A DNA stretch of 60,108 bases from Burkholderiaceae bacterium (GCA_017383055.1 JAFNZB010000264.1:1-60108); one strand, 5' to 3'. Shown: positions 29,237 through 39,538, numbered from the stretch's first letter. A program made the numbers and translations. Notes: generated by a model not told the origin, from the sequence alone.

Positions 29237-30154
29237 TTAAGGGGCGGTCAGAGCCCGTTTCATTTTTTCTAAAGCCGCTTTTTCGATTTGTCGGACACGT
29301 TCGGCCGACACTCCGAGCTCCGCGGCGAGATCTTGTAAAGTAATCGGTGCAATATTGCCACTTTCGTCTTCATTGAGCCAACGGGCTTGGATGACTCGGC
29401 GGCTGCGTTCATCAAGGCTTAAAAGGGCTTGACGAATCCCTTCACGTTGCATGCGCTCTTCATCTTTTTGCTCCAAGATAGCCGTTGGTTCGTCTTCTTC
29501 GCGAGACAACCATTGGATGGGAGCATTGCTCATTTCATTGTCATCGTCATCGATTGCCAAATCAAGCGACGTTTCATTGCCATACATCCGTTGTTCCATC
29601 TCGAATACTTCCGAGGGCTTGACGTCGAGCGTATCGGCAATCTGATTAGCCTTGGAATACGTGAGAGCATTTTCCCCTCGCATCGAACGCAAATTAAAAA
29701 AGAGCTTGCGTTGAGACTTGGTGGTCGCCAACTTCACTTGACGCCAATTTTTAACGATGTAGTCTTGAATTTCAGATCGAATCCAGTACTCGGCAAACGT
29801 CATCAGGCGAGCGCCTCGTTGAGGATCAAAATTTTTAATAGCCTTCAAAAGCCCAATATTGCCTTCTTGAATGAGGTCGGCATGCGGGAGGCCGTAACCT
29901 AAATAAGACCGAGCAATGGCAATCACCAAACGCAAATGGGCCATGACGAGGTCTCGACCGGCGGCCATGTCGTTTTCTTGATGCAAACGACGCATGAGAT
30001 CTTGTTCTTCCTCGGCTGTGAGGATCGGCGCACGATTAGCCGCCTGGATGAATGCATCCAGGTTGCCGAGGCTCGGGATAATCGCGGGAACCTTGGGTTG
30101 ATACGGAACCAGCGCACCGGGAGCGTGAGTGTTTGAAGTCTTTTTATCTGACAT
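29237..30154 (-). CDS. rpoH: RNA polymerase sigma-32 factor
   Basis: [10 protein letters not shown], RpoH box [25 protein letters not shown]. Confidence 0.96.
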   Translation of the reverse strand: MSDKKTSNTHAPGALVPYQPKVPAIIPSLGNLDAFIQAANRAPILTAEEEQDLMRRLHQENDMAAGRDLVMAHLRLVIAIARSYLGYGLPHADLIQEGNIGLLKAIKNFDPQRGARLMTFAEYWIRSEIQDYIVKNWRQVKLATTKSQRKLFFNLRSMRGENALTYSKANQIADTLDVKPSEVFEMEQRMYGNETSLDLAIDDDDNEMSNAPIQWLSREEDEPTAILEQKDEERMQREGIRQALLSLDERSRRVIQARWLNEDESGNIAPITLQDLAAELGVSAERVRQIEKAALEKMKRALTAP

Positions 30155-30168
30155 GGGAAATCAAAACA

Positions 30169-31080
30169 CTAACCTTGTTTCTCAATACGAGCGATGGCTC
30201 GTTGCGTCATGATACTGGCGACCAATCCACCTAAGACCGCACAAAAAGCAACGAAAGCAATGTTGAATTCAATCGGTAACAAATTGACAGAAATGGTTGT
30301 TCCGTATTGCTGTCCAATGGCTAGCAATGCTTGATTGAATGAATCAAGCGCCCACTTTGAGAGGGCGATTGAAATCACTGCCGCCAAACCCATCGTCAAT
30401 ACACCTCGCCAAGCATAGGGGCGAATCGTAAAGGATGTGGAAGCACCGAACAGATACAACATATTCAATTCTGTTTTTTGGGCATCGGCAGCCAAGCGCA
30501 CGCTAGCAGCCACGACGAGCACGACCAACGAAAGTGTGATGATACCCATGATGATGCCGAGACTGACGATACCATGGCTGATTGCTTCTAGTTTGGCAAC
30601 CCACGTACTGTCGTAAGCAACTAAGTCGACACCGTTTAACTTTTCAATGCTTGTGGCCGTTTTTTCAATTTCTGCTTGTGTCATCTCATGACTGAGGGTC
30701 ACAATGACCAAGTCCGGTAACGGGTTGGCATTTTTATCGGTTTTGTTTTTTTTGATCCCGAGATTGGCATTAAGATCTTCGTAGGCCTTTTCTTTGGGAA
30801 TTACGCTGACGTCCATAACATGGGCATGACGTTTGATGCGTGCCAACAAATTGTCCATTTCCGCCTTAGTGATATTTTGTTCGGAAAAGACCGTGATTTG
30901 AGGCACGACAGGAACCGCGCGGAGCGGTTCGGAAAGGCTGTAAATGGCGCTAGCGATGAAAACGGGAATCGTTAGAGTCAGGCTGGCAAGCATTAATGCC
31001 AAAAAGAACAAACCTTTGGCATTGTTGATGCTACGACAGACTTGTTGGGCGGCCCAAATACGAGAAGACAGAAAGCTCAT
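30169..31080 (-). CDS. ftsX: Cell division permease FtsX
   Basis: TM-periplasmic-3TM layout, NPLPD, L.GA...F..RP; lies between ftsE and rpoH. Confidence 0.8.
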   Translation of the reverse strand: MSFLSSRIWAAQQVCRSINNAKGLFFLALMLASLTLTIPVFIASAIYSLSEPLRAVPVVPQITVFSEQNITKAEMDNLLARIKRHAHVMDVSVIPKEKAYEDLNANLGIKKNKTDKNANPLPDLVIVTLSHEMTQAEIEKTATSIEKLNGVDLVAYDSTWVAKLEAISHGIVSLGIIMGIITLSLVVLVVAASVRLAADAQKTELNMLYLFGASTSFTIRPYAWRGVLTMGLAAVISIALSKWALDSFNQALLAIGQQYGTTISVNLLPIEFNIAFVAFCAVLGGLVASIMTQRAIARIEKQG

Positions 31081-31082
31081 AA

Positions 31083-31763
31083 TCAAACTCCCTGCGGTGC
31101 CGCAAATTTGATCTCGCGATAATCGACATCTTGAGGGGCTAACAATAAGTGAGAAGCAACAATGACGGTCACGCCGGCATTGGCGAACTCGCCTAACAAA
31201 TTAATCAGATTTTGAGCGTTGGCAGCATCCAAATGTGCAGCTGGCTCGTCAGCCAAAATCAAAACGGGTTGATTGACGACGGCACGAGCCAAACAGACTT
31301 GCTGGCGTTGCCCTGAAGAAAGATCGACGGGTTTGGCTTGTGCCCATTCGGACATATGGCAACGAGCCAACGCCGAAACGGCACGTTGGCGTGCTTCATC
31401 GATGGTCGCTTCCGCAGCTAAGGCAGGCAACATGACATTTTCCAAAATCGTTCGATCTTCGAGCAACGGAGAATTTTGCATCATCAAGCCAATTGCGCGA
31501 CGTAACCAGCGACGTTGGAGATTGGAGAAATCTTGAATGTCTTCGCCGGCCACACGAATAGCACCGGCAGTCGGAAGCAATAAGCCGGAGATCAAGCGTA
31601 AGACAGTGGATTTCCCGCAGCCGGTACTTCCGTGGAGCACGACAAACTCGCCTCGATAAATTTTTATCGAGACGTCCTGAAGTACTTGTAAGTTATCGAA
31701 ATTTAAAAATACGTGTGATAACTCAACAAGCGGCTCTTCTTGGATAAGCGCGTTGTCGTTCAT
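31083..31763 (-). CDS. ftsE: Cell division ABC ATPase FtsE
   Basis: GSTGCGKST, LRRAIG, LSSGQRQQ, LARAVVNQP.LILADEP; upstream of ftsX. Confidence 0.8.
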   Translation of the reverse strand: MNDNALIQEEPLVELSHVFLNFDNLQVLQDVSIKIYRGEFVVLHGSTGCGKSTVLRLISGLLLPTAGAIRVAGEDIQDFSNLQRRWLRRAIGLMMQNSPLLEDRTILENVMLPALAAEATIDEARQRAVSALARCHMSEWAQAKPVDLSSGQRQQVCLARAVVNQPVLILADEPAAHLDAANAQNLINLLGEFANAGVTVIVASHLLLAPQDVDYREIKFAAPQGV

Positions 31764-31776
31764 AGGGAGAAAACGG

Positions 31777-33252
31777 TCAATCAATCAGTTCCAGTTCAAA
31801 GTCATATTTTACTTTGTTCCAGAAAACAACTTCGTTTTCAAGCAAGAAATGTGTTAACGGATGTTGTTGAAGCCATTGGGCACAGAGAGACAACTTAAAT
31901 CCGTTTTCTTTGACCGTGAGTTTCATTGTGGGAAGTTCGGTCGGTAAACGCGTATGGGCAAAGATGACCGCTAAACGGATACTGATGATTTGGGCACGAT
32001 AAATGGCGCGTTGAATAGCCTTTTCAACTTTGAGCAAATTGCCACGTTGAGCTAATACCAACGTGGAAAGACATTCTTGATTGGGGCGAGAGAAACCAGC
32101 CAAGTCACAATTGGCCAAGACATAAGCCGTATGGCGATGGTAGCCATTATGACTGATGATGCCGCCGATTTCATGCAAAAGCGAAGCCCATCCCAAAAGC
32201 TTTTTATCTTCATCATTGGCTTGGGGACAAACTTGATTGAAAAGTGACAAAGACAACGACTGGACGCGTTGAGCTTGTTCTTTATCGACGGAAGTCCAAT
32301 TCAAGAGTGCTTGAGCACTTTCTTCACGGATATCTTGTTGGCACTTTCGATCTAAAAGGTCGTAAAGCAATCCCACGCGCAGAGCACCTGTGCATGGATG
32401 CATCACTTTGATCTTCAACGTTTCAAAAACGGCAGACAAAACGACCAACCCGCCGACGATCACTTCTCGACGGTTATCCATCAATCCGGGCAATTCCAAT
32501 CGACTGATTTCGCCTTGTTGGATCAATAATTTTCGGAGAATAGCAAGGTGTTCGCTCGTGACTTCCCCTTCTTCGCTCAATCCCATGGTGCGAAGAATCG
32601 TGGAGATGGCATCCATTGTGCCGGAAGAACCGTAAGCTTCATCCCAATTGTTGATGTTAAATTCAGGGTAGGCTTCGGTGATTTCCGATTGAACGAACAA
32701 TTGCGCTTTTTCAAATTGTTCGTCGGTGATTTTGCCGTCGGCAAAATAGCCGATGGTTGTATTGACACAGCCGACATGATAAGACTCGCACATTTGAGCC
32801 TTATGACCTTGGCCGATAACGAATTCAGTCGAACCACCGCCGATGTCAACGATAAAACGTTTGGCATTGGAAGCGGGTAAGCGATAGGAACAACCTTCAA
32901 AGACTAAGCGAGCTTCTTCACGGCCACGCAAAATTTCAATAGGAAAACCTAAAACGCGTTCGGCTTTTTGAATGAATTCGGGTGAATTTTTAGCGATACG
33001 TAAAGCCTGTGTACCGACAGCGCGCACCTGGGCTTTAGGGAAGGTTTTGATACGTTCGTTAAAGCGAGCCAATGTAGCCAACGCTCGCGTTTGGACTTCT
33101 TCTGTCAAACAGCCATCTTCATCAAAGCCGGCAGACAAACGAACGCTTTCTTTCCAATAGCTTTGATGTAAAACACGAGAGCCCTCGACACGTCCGATTT
33201 CGAGTCGGAAACTATTGGAGCCTAAATCAACAGAAGCTAATAACATGCCCAT
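31777..33252 (-). CDS. ppx: Exopolyphosphatase (Ppx/GppA family)
   Basis: VDLGSNSFRL, GREEARL, DIGGGSTE, ALRVGLLYDL, LHEIG. Confidence 0.92.
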   Translation of the reverse strand: MGMLLASVDLGSNSFRLEIGRVEGSRVLHQSYWKESVRLSAGFDEDGCLTEEVQTRALATLARFNERIKTFPKAQVRAVGTQALRIAKNSPEFIQKAERVLGFPIEILRGREEARLVFEGCSYRLPASNAKRFIVDIGGGSTEFVIGQGHKAQMCESYHVGCVNTTIGYFADGKITDEQFEKAQLFVQSEITEAYPEFNINNWDEAYGSSGTMDAISTILRTMGLSEEGEVTSEHLAILRKLLIQQGEISRLELPGLMDNRREVIVGGLVVLSAVFETLKIKVMHPCTGALRVGLLYDLLDRKCQQDIREESAQALLNWTSVDKEQAQRVQSLSLSLFNQVCPQANDEDKKLLGWASLLHEIGGIISHNGYHRHTAYVLANCDLAGFSRPNQECLSTLVLAQRGNLLKVEKAIQRAIYRAQIISIRLAVIFAHTRLPTELPTMKLTVKENGFKLSLCAQWLQQHPLTHFLLENEVVFWNKVKYDFELELID

Positions 33253-33258
33253 TACTCT

Positions 33259-33747
33259 TTATTTTTGGTTCGTTTCGTATTTGGCGTTGAGTGCTTTCAA
33301 AACTAACGGACTGACAAACGGGGAGACATCACCGCCTAAACGGCGAATTTCTCGCACGAGCGTGCCCGAGATGAACTGTGTGTTATCCATGGGCGGGAAA
33401 AAGACTGTTTGTACATCACGATTGAGATTGTGATTGATCGAAGCCATTCGCGTTTCATAATCGAAATCACTACCGTTACGGACGCCTCGAATGATTACCG
33501 ATGAATTTTTCCTTTTGACGAAATCACACAACAGTCCCGAAAAGCCTTCGGCACTGGCGTTAGGGTATTGCGACACGATTTGTTGTGCAAGAGCGATTCG
33601 TTCCTCAAACGTAAAAAACGTCTTTTTGTTGCAATCATCGGCAACGGCAACGATCACGTGGTCAAAAATACGACAGGCACGAGACAAAACATCTTCGTGG
33701 CCTAAGGTAAACGGATCGAACGTACCCGAATAAATGGCAATGCTCAT
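33259..33747 (-). CDS. coaD: Phosphopantetheine adenylyltransferase
   Basis: YSGTFDPFTLGH, IRGVR..SDFDYE, ISGTLVREI. Confidence 0.96.
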   Translation of the reverse strand: MSIAIYSGTFDPFTLGHEDVLSRACRIFDHVIVAVADDCNKKTFFTFEERIALAQQIVSQYPNASAEGFSGLLCDFVKRKNSSVIIRGVRNGSDFDYETRMASINHNLNRDVQTVFFPPMDNTQFISGTLVREIRRLGGDVSPFVSPLVLKALNAKYETNQK

Positions 33748-33749
33748 GA

Positions 33750-34382
33750 TCAGTCTTCTTTCAGGGTAAGTAAGCGATAGGCAACGTTGCCGGTCATCGA
33801 TTCACGGATGATTTCCAATCCCAACGCTTCAAGAAAGGTGATGTCCATTTCTTTCGGGGATTCCATATAAATCATACCATTGGGCTTCAATACTCGAAGG
33901 GCGCGACTTAATACTTTCTCGTGCATATCCAATGCGAAAGGGGGATCGAGAAAGATCAAATCAAAAGATTCTTGTAAGCGTTCAGTTAGTAAAAGGGAGT
34001 CACCACTGCGAATTTCGATCATGTCAGCCTTGAGCTTCTTTTGGGAGGCTTTCAATGCAGCCACAGCCTGGTTGCTCTTTTCAAACATGACAACGCGGCG
34101 AGCGCCTTGGCTAGCCGCTTCAAAGCCTAAGGCACCTGAGCCGGCAAAAAGATCCAAGACGGTTCGATCTTCCAAGTCTACGAATAAGTGACGAATCCAA
34201 TTAAAGAGTGTTTCGCGAACACGGTCACCTGTAGGGCGCAAACCGTCGATATCGGGGACAACGAGAGGCGTACGACGCCATTGCCCGCCAATAATGCGGA
34301 CACTCCCTGCACGCGTGGCTCGTGCTCTTGGTAAACTTACACCACGTTGATTTTGATGTTCAATTTTTTTAATAGGACGCAT
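33750..34382 (-). CDS. rsmD: 16S rRNA (guanine966-N2)-methyltransferase
   Basis: VRIIGGQWR, LRPTGDRVRETLFNW, DLFAGSGALG.EA, FLDPPF. Confidence 0.95.
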   Translation of the reverse strand: MRPIKKIEHQNQRGVSLPRARATRAGSVRIIGGQWRRTPLVVPDIDGLRPTGDRVRETLFNWIRHLFVDLEDRTVLDLFAGSGALGFEAASQGARRVVMFEKSNQAVAALKASQKKLKADMIEIRSGDSLLLTERLQESFDLIFLDPPFALDMHEKVLSRALRVLKPNGMIYMESPKEMDITFLEALGLEIIRESMTGNVAYRLLTLKED

Positions 34383-34388
34383 ACGCTA

Positions 34389-35321
34389 ATGATAACGTCT
34401 GGAGATAAAAAAACGGGTTGGTTTGCTCGACTCAAACAAGGTTTGCATCGTACTCGAGTCAATATTATCGGCCTTTTTACGGGCGGAAGCATCGATGAAG
34501 ATTTTTTGGAAGAGCTTGAGTACGCATTGATCTCTGCGGACATGGGCGTTCAAACGGTTACAGAATTGTTGAGCAAGTTACGTGAAACGATTAAGTTGAA
34601 GGGTTTAAAGACTCAAGACGAAGTTCGCATGACGTTGCGTGATGAGTTGGTTAACTTGTTAAAGCCCGCCGAAGGTAAGATCGATTTGAACCAAGGTAAG
34701 CCCTTGGTCATGATGATGGTCGGTGTTAACGGGGCCGGTAAAACCACCTCGATTGGTAAGATCAGCAAGTGGTTGTCTGATGAAAATCGCTCCGTTTTGT
34801 TGGCGGCCGGTGACACGTTCCGTGCAGCTGCTCGTGAGCAATTGGCTGTGTGGGGTGAACGAAATCGTGTCGAAGTGATTTCGCAAACGGGTGGTGACCC
34901 TGCTGCTGTAGCATTCGATGCTGTTTCTGCCGGTAAGGCTCGCGGTATGGATGTCGTGATTGTGGATACGGCAGGTCGATTGACTACGCAAACGCGCTTG
35001 ATGGAAGAGTTAAAGCGTATTCATCGAGCACAAGCCAAGTGTTTGGAAGGCGCTCCGCATGAAGTCATCTTGGTGATCGACGGTACGAACGGTCAGAACG
35101 CATTGTCTCAAGTGCAGGCTTTCGATGAAGCTGTGAATTTGACTGGTTTGATCATTACGAAGTTGGATGGTACGGCTAAGGGTGGTGTGTTGGCTGCCAT
35201 TACCCGTATGCGTGCAGGCAATCCCATCCCGATTTATTTCATCGGTGTTGGTGAAGGAATCGAAGATCTTCAAGCATTCAATGCCGAAGAATTTGCCAAT
35301 GCCTTGGTTGGTTTAAGCTAA
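34389..35321 (+). CDS. ftsY: Signal recognition particle receptor (NG domain only)
   Basis: GVNGAGKTT, DTFRAAA, DTAGR, TKLDGTAKGG. Start uncertain (34347/34356/34389). Confidence 0.95.
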   Translation: MITSGDKKTGWFARLKQGLHRTRVNIIGLFTGGSIDEDFLEELEYALISADMGVQTVTELLSKLRETIKLKGLKTQDEVRMTLRDELVNLLKPAEGKIDLNQGKPLVMMMVGVNGAGKTTSIGKISKWLSDENRSVLLAAGDTFRAAAREQLAVWGERNRVEVISQTGGDPAAVAFDAVSAGKARGMDVVIVDTAGRLTTQTRLMEELKRIHRAQAKCLEGAPHEVILVIDGTNGQNALSQVQAFDEAVNLTGLIITKLDGTAKGGVLAAITRMRAGNPIPIYFIGVGEGIEDLQAFNAEEFANALVGLS

Positions 35322-35343
35322 GCTGAAAAAATATTTCAGTATC

Positions 35344-35381
35344 AAAAAATTGGAGTCCTGATATGGACTCCAATTTTTTTT
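35344..35381. terminator. Bidirectional terminator ftsY/asmA
   Basis: AAAAAATTGGAGTCC-tgatat-GGACTCCAATTTTTT. Confidence 0.88.
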
Positions 35382-35383
35382 GT

Positions 35384-37747
35384 TTAGAGACGGTCCTTGA
35401 TAAAGTTTTTGAATCGATCCCAACCTGAAGGTTTCTTTTCCTTGGGTTTGTCAATCACGACCGGTTTCGGTGTAATGCCGTTGGCTCTCATAATGGCATT
35501 GGCATCGAGAGATAATTGAGGCTGATACCAAACGCCCGTCAACGCGGCTTGAACAGCAAGGCCTCGATTCGTATTGCCCTTAATGTTACCTGTTAGATTT
35601 TGATTCTTAAGATCGATTTGGACATTGCCCTTTAGCGCAAACTCATCAAAAGCGACTGCTAAATTTTCAATATTGACCTTGGCAGCATGGAGCGTTGCGA
35701 TGCCTTGAATCTTCGCAACGGAACTCTTGCTTTGAGGTGTTTGCACTGGGATTTGTCCCTTTTCAATCGCACGCAAGGCATCGTTGATGTTCAGGCCATA
35801 AAGCGAGGATTGTTGGACTGCAAAACCGATTTGACCGTTCAACGTATCCAGTGAGAAATCGTCACCATAAAGATTAATTTGCGTATTGAGTTTGCCCCCC
35901 ATCGAGGCTGTTGCTCCTAAATCCTTCAGCAAGCCGTCTAAATTGGCGTTGGTGGCCTTGAATTGTGTATTCCAATGACCTTGAGCGTTCACAGACGCAA
36001 AAGCGTTGAAATGGCTCTCATAGGCCAAGCCGGTCAACTTCGGCATCTGTAAGGTGCCACTCTTGACGCTGATGGGGCCTTTGACTTGAAGAAGTCGAGC
36101 ATTGCCATAAACCAACTCTCCGATGATGATATCGCCTTGGAAGTCGAAGCCGTTCAAAACCGAGAAATCGAAGGGTTTGGTAACCGTATCGGATTCAAGA
36201 GGTGTTTGATTGTCAACAGTTTGTGTTGTTGCTTCATCGACGCTTTGTGTTTTCACAAAGCGACCCTCATTGGTGTCAATCCAAACAACGGGCGAAGCAA
36301 CAGGTTCTGCAACTTGAGGCTTGGCTGCATCTTGCGATTGAACATCGTTGGTTTGAGAGTCAACAATTGAAGCTTCGTGAGTGATTTCCTCGGTTTTTTC
36401 TTCAGGAGCACTCTCGGAGATGGTTTCTGTTTGAGTTTGAGCCTCGCCAATGCCGGCATCGGAGACTGCGCTCTCAGAGGCGGAAGCGACATCTTCTTGG
36501 GTGTTGGCGCTCGATGCTTCATGGTCATTAAACGTATGACCGAGATGGACATTTTGCAAAATGCTCAACTTTTGTAATTCAAGAAGATCTAAGCGACCAA
36601 ACGTCAATTGGCCTTTGATTTGTGGGTGAGCGAATCCCTCGGCCTTGCCCTTAAAACTCATCGGAGCATCATGCAAGCGAGCAAAAAGCTCAAAGTCTGC
36701 CTTTTCATTGATCCAATCGATCGAAGCCTGACCTGAAAGCGGAGAGGCATTGCCTGTACCGGGTAATAAGAGCGAACCTTGGATGTGAGCGGCTTGCCAA
36801 GTTTTTGCATCCCATTGGGCGGTTACAGGCGAGCGCAAATCCAATTCAAGGCGTTGTTGACCACTACCTTGGGCGAAATACACGTGGAAGTCAGGGGCTT
36901 GCCATTGAGTTGTATCTAGTTGCAAATCAGCCATACTCAATGCGAATTGATCGTTTCCATCATTGGTGATCAAGCGAGCTTCACCGCTACTGACATAGGC
37001 GTTTTGAGCTTGTAATTTGGCTAAGTTGGCAGTCAGGGTCAGCGATAACGGCGTTGCACCACGAGTGCCTTGAGCTTGTAATTGGAGATTTTCAATGCCG
37101 ATAATGCCTTGATTCAGATCCAAATCAAGCATTAAAGCGGCGGAACCGTCAAAAAGCAAACCTTTGTCTGTATCGGCGATTTGAGCGGATACCTCGATAG
37201 AGCCGTGCATTTGCGGAGCGGGTTCATTGACGGATAAGGCGATATTTCGGAAGGCAAGCTTTTTGCCTTTGCGGTTGATACTTAATTCACCTTGGTTAAT
37301 AGAAAGATTTTTGATGACGATGTCATCAAAAATGGCCACTTTGTCCGACTTCAAACTTTCGATGAAGGCAGGCCATGTGTTCGGTGCTACTATTTGTGCA
37401 GACGCCCCGTTTAAATGAAGTTTTTCAATATGTGTTTGACCAAGGACCAACCAAATCGGATTGATCTCTAAGTAAGCAGAGCGGTAAAAGGCTACGGTCT
37501 GGCCATTTTTATCGGTGATTGTTGCAGCGGGTAACTGAACTTCAATCGTTGGTAAGACGCGCACTTCCGGTGCGGCGTGCATTGAGATTTTGTAGCCGAA
37601 ATTGCGGTCTAATTCGTTAGCGATGCGTTCAGAGACGCTATTGGCATTGACCAAAAAATAAATGGCCACGACGTAGCTCATCGCTAAAAGAGCAATGACG
37701 GCAATGAACCATAAAAGGAAACGAATAACACGCATAATCAAATTCAA
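35384..37747 (-). CDS. AsmA-family protein
   Basis: N-terminal TM followed by beta-rich repeats, C-terminal G.W.QP motif, central acidic low-complexity insert. Confidence 0.7.
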   Translation of the reverse strand: MNLIMRVIRFLLWFIAVIALLAMSYVVAIYFLVNANSVSERIANELDRNFGYKISMHAAPEVRVLPTIEVQLPAATITDKNGQTVAFYRSAYLEINPIWLVLGQTHIEKLHLNGASAQIVAPNTWPAFIESLKSDKVAIFDDIVIKNLSINQGELSINRKGKKLAFRNIALSVNEPAPQMHGSIEVSAQIADTDKGLLFDGSAALMLDLDLNQGIIGIENLQLQAQGTRGATPLSLTLTANLAKLQAQNAYVSSGEARLITNDGNDQFALSMADLQLDTTQWQAPDFHVYFAQGSGQQRLELDLRSPVTAQWDAKTWQAAHIQGSLLLPGTGNASPLSGQASIDWINEKADFELFARLHDAPMSFKGKAEGFAHPQIKGQLTFGRLDLLELQKLSILQNVHLGHTFNDHEASSANTQEDVASASESAVSDAGIGEAQTQTETISESAPEEKTEEITHEASIVDSQTNDVQSQDAAKPQVAEPVASPVVWIDTNEGRFVKTQSVDEATTQTVDNQTPLESDTVTKPFDFSVLNGFDFQGDIIIGELVYGNARLLQVKGPISVKSGTLQMPKLTGLAYESHFNAFASVNAQGHWNTQFKATNANLDGLLKDLGATASMGGKLNTQINLYGDDFSLDTLNGQIGFAVQQSSLYGLNINDALRAIEKGQIPVQTPQSKSSVAKIQGIATLHAAKVNIENLAVAFDEFALKGNVQIDLKNQNLTGNIKGNTNRGLAVQAALTGVWYQPQLSLDANAIMRANGITPKPVVIDKPKEKKPSGWDRFKNFIKDRL

Positions 37748-37888
37748 AACGAAATGGTAGGAAGACCAATTTTCTTCAATGCTAATCTAAATCGGCTGAC
37801 CTAACAAATGGGGCTGAGTAAAAAAGTGTGTCATATTTTAGCAACGGGTGAATAAAAAACGTCGCACATATTTTTGGGAAGCCACAAA

Positions 37889-37920
37889 AAGCAAAAGGAC
37901 TCAATTTGAGTCCTTTGCTT
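37889..37920 (-). terminator. Hairpin after the XRE gene; core identical (reverse complement) to 28734-28756
   Basis: AAGC-a-AAAGGACTCAA-t-TTGAGTCCTTT-GCTT, T-tract on - strand. Confidence 0.7.
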
Positions 37921-37921
37921 G

Positions 37922-38302
37922 TCATTTCGAGCCTGAGCGCCACTTGTCGCGGATAGTTTGGCGAAGATTCGGAGCCAATCGTTCCAATGCGTCAAGGGTC
38001 ATAAAAATCGAATCCCGACCGCGGTTGGAGAGTTCACGGAAACGCGATAACAATTCGCTTTCTTCTTGAATCGGATTGTGTCGTTCGCTGGTTATGATGA
38101 ACAAGACGTCAAAGCCGCAATCATTCAAACGAGGCATGCGAAAAATGCCCGGATCTTCTTTTCCTTCTTCGTACAATTGGTACTGTTCGAGCGGGACACC
38201 CAAGAGCTGGGCGATTTGCAACTCGGTATACCCGAGTCGTTCTCGCTCAGTACGTAAGCGTTCACCAAAGCCTCGACGGCGTTTTTCCATTACAGTTGCC
38301 AT
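37922..38302 (-). CDS. XRE/Cro-C1 family helix-turn-helix protein
   Basis: FGERLRTERERLG...IAQLLGV....YE.G...P, G.DVLFIIT, E.ELL..FR.L. Start taken at ATG 38302 because the longer ORF overlaps the ychF terminator. Confidence 0.85.
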   Translation of the reverse strand: MATVMEKRRRGFGERLRTERERLGYTELQIAQLLGVPLEQYQLYEEGKEDPGIFRMPRLNDCGFDVLFIITSERHNPIQEESELLSRFRELSNRGRDSIFMTLDALERLAPNLRQTIRDKWRSGSK

Positions 38303-38394
38303 TGTTATGTCCGAAATTGTGTCTTGAGTAAGTATAGCGAAAAAGTATCTCGTCTCTTGTAACAAAAGTGTTAGCGTTTTTTTCAGTGAAAAAG

Positions 38395-38422
38395 AAAAGG
38401 TCATCGAAATCGATGACCTTTT
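38395..38422 (-). terminator. Terminator after ychF
   Basis: AAAAGGTCATCGA-aa-TCGATGACCTTTT with T-tract on - strand. Confidence 0.8.
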
Positions 38423-38443
38423 TGCAAGAAGTGAATAGCCTAA

Positions 38444-39538
38444 TTAGACGTTGAAAAGGAAGTTCATGACGTCGCCGTCTTGAACGATGTATTCCTTACC
38501 TTCTGCTCGCATCTTGCCGGCTTCTTGAGCACCCTTTTCACCCTTGAAGTTGATGAAATCTTCGTAGGCAATCGTTTGTGCACGAATGAAACCACGTTCA
38601 AAGTCCGTGTGGATAACACCGGCGGCTTGCGGAGCCGTATCACCCTTGTGAATCGTCCAAGCGCGGACTTCCTTGACGCCGGCCGTGAAGTACGTTTGGA
38701 GACCCAAGAGGTCGTAGCCAGCACGAATCACACGATCGAGACCCGCTTCGGTCATGCCCAAATCTTCCAAGAACATAGCCTTGTCTTCTTCATCGAGATC
38801 GGAGATTTCAGCTTCGATCTTCGCGCAAATGGAAACAACAGGGGCATTTTCCTTGGCGGCAAATTCCTTAACGGCATCCAACAACGGGTTATTTTCAAAA
38901 CCGTCATCGTCAACGTTAGCTACGTACATCGTCGGCTTGACCGTCAACAAGCAAAGCGGCTTGATAACGTCGAGTTCTTCCTTGGACAAGCCGGCGTGGC
39001 GGACAGACTTACCTTCGTTAAGGAGCGGTTGGATCTTTTCCAAAACCGTCACCAACTTCAACGCTTCCTTGTCACCGCCTTGGCGTGCTTGCTTGGCGTA
39101 ACGGTTCAAAGAACGTTCAACGCTAGCCAAGTCGGCCAATGCCAATTCGGTATTGATGACTTCGATGTCTTGAATCGGGTTGACTTGACCGGCGACGTGA
39201 ACGATGTTTTCGTCATCGAAGCAACGAACGATGTGAGCGATTGCATCACATTCGCGGATGTTCGCTAAGAATTGGTTGCCCAAGCCTTCGCCCTTGCTAG
39301 CACCGGCAACGAGACCGGCGATGTCGACGAATTCGACGACGGCAGGAACGCAACGTTCCGGCTTGACGATTTCTGCCAACTTCTGCATGCGGGGATCCGG
39401 CACTTCGACGACGCCGACGTTCGGTTCAATCGTGCAGAACGGATAGTTTTCAGCAGCAATGCCGGCCTTGGTCAATGCATTGAAGATGGTAGATTTGCCA
39501 ACGTTCGGCAAACCAACGATGCCACACTTTAAGCCCAT
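38444..39538 (-). CDS. ychF: Redox-regulated ATPase YchF
   Basis: [31 protein letters not shown] domain [11 protein letters not shown]. Confidence 0.98.
   Translation of the reverse strand: MGLKCGIVGLPNVGKSTIFNALTKAGIAAENYPFCTIEPNVGVVEVPDPRMQKLAEIVKPERCVPAVVEFVDIAGLVAGASKGEGLGNQFLANIRECDAIAHIVRCFDDENIVHVAGQVNPIQDIEVINTELALADLASVERSLNRYAKQARQGGDKEALKLVTVLEKIQPLLNEGKSVRHAGLSKEELDVIKPLCLLTVKPTMYVANVDDDGFENNPLLDAVKEFAAKENAPVVSICAKIEAEISDLDEEDKAMFLEDLGMTEAGLDRVIRAGYDLLGLQTYFTAGVKEVRAWTIHKGDTAPQAAGVIHTDFERGFIRAQTIAYEDFINFKGEKGAQEAGKMRAEGKEYIVQDGDVMNFLFNV

Noticed and set aside
38303-38404. N-terminal extension of the XRE ORF
   Set aside because: Runs through the ychF terminator and the likely promoter; the HTH domain begins after ATG 38302
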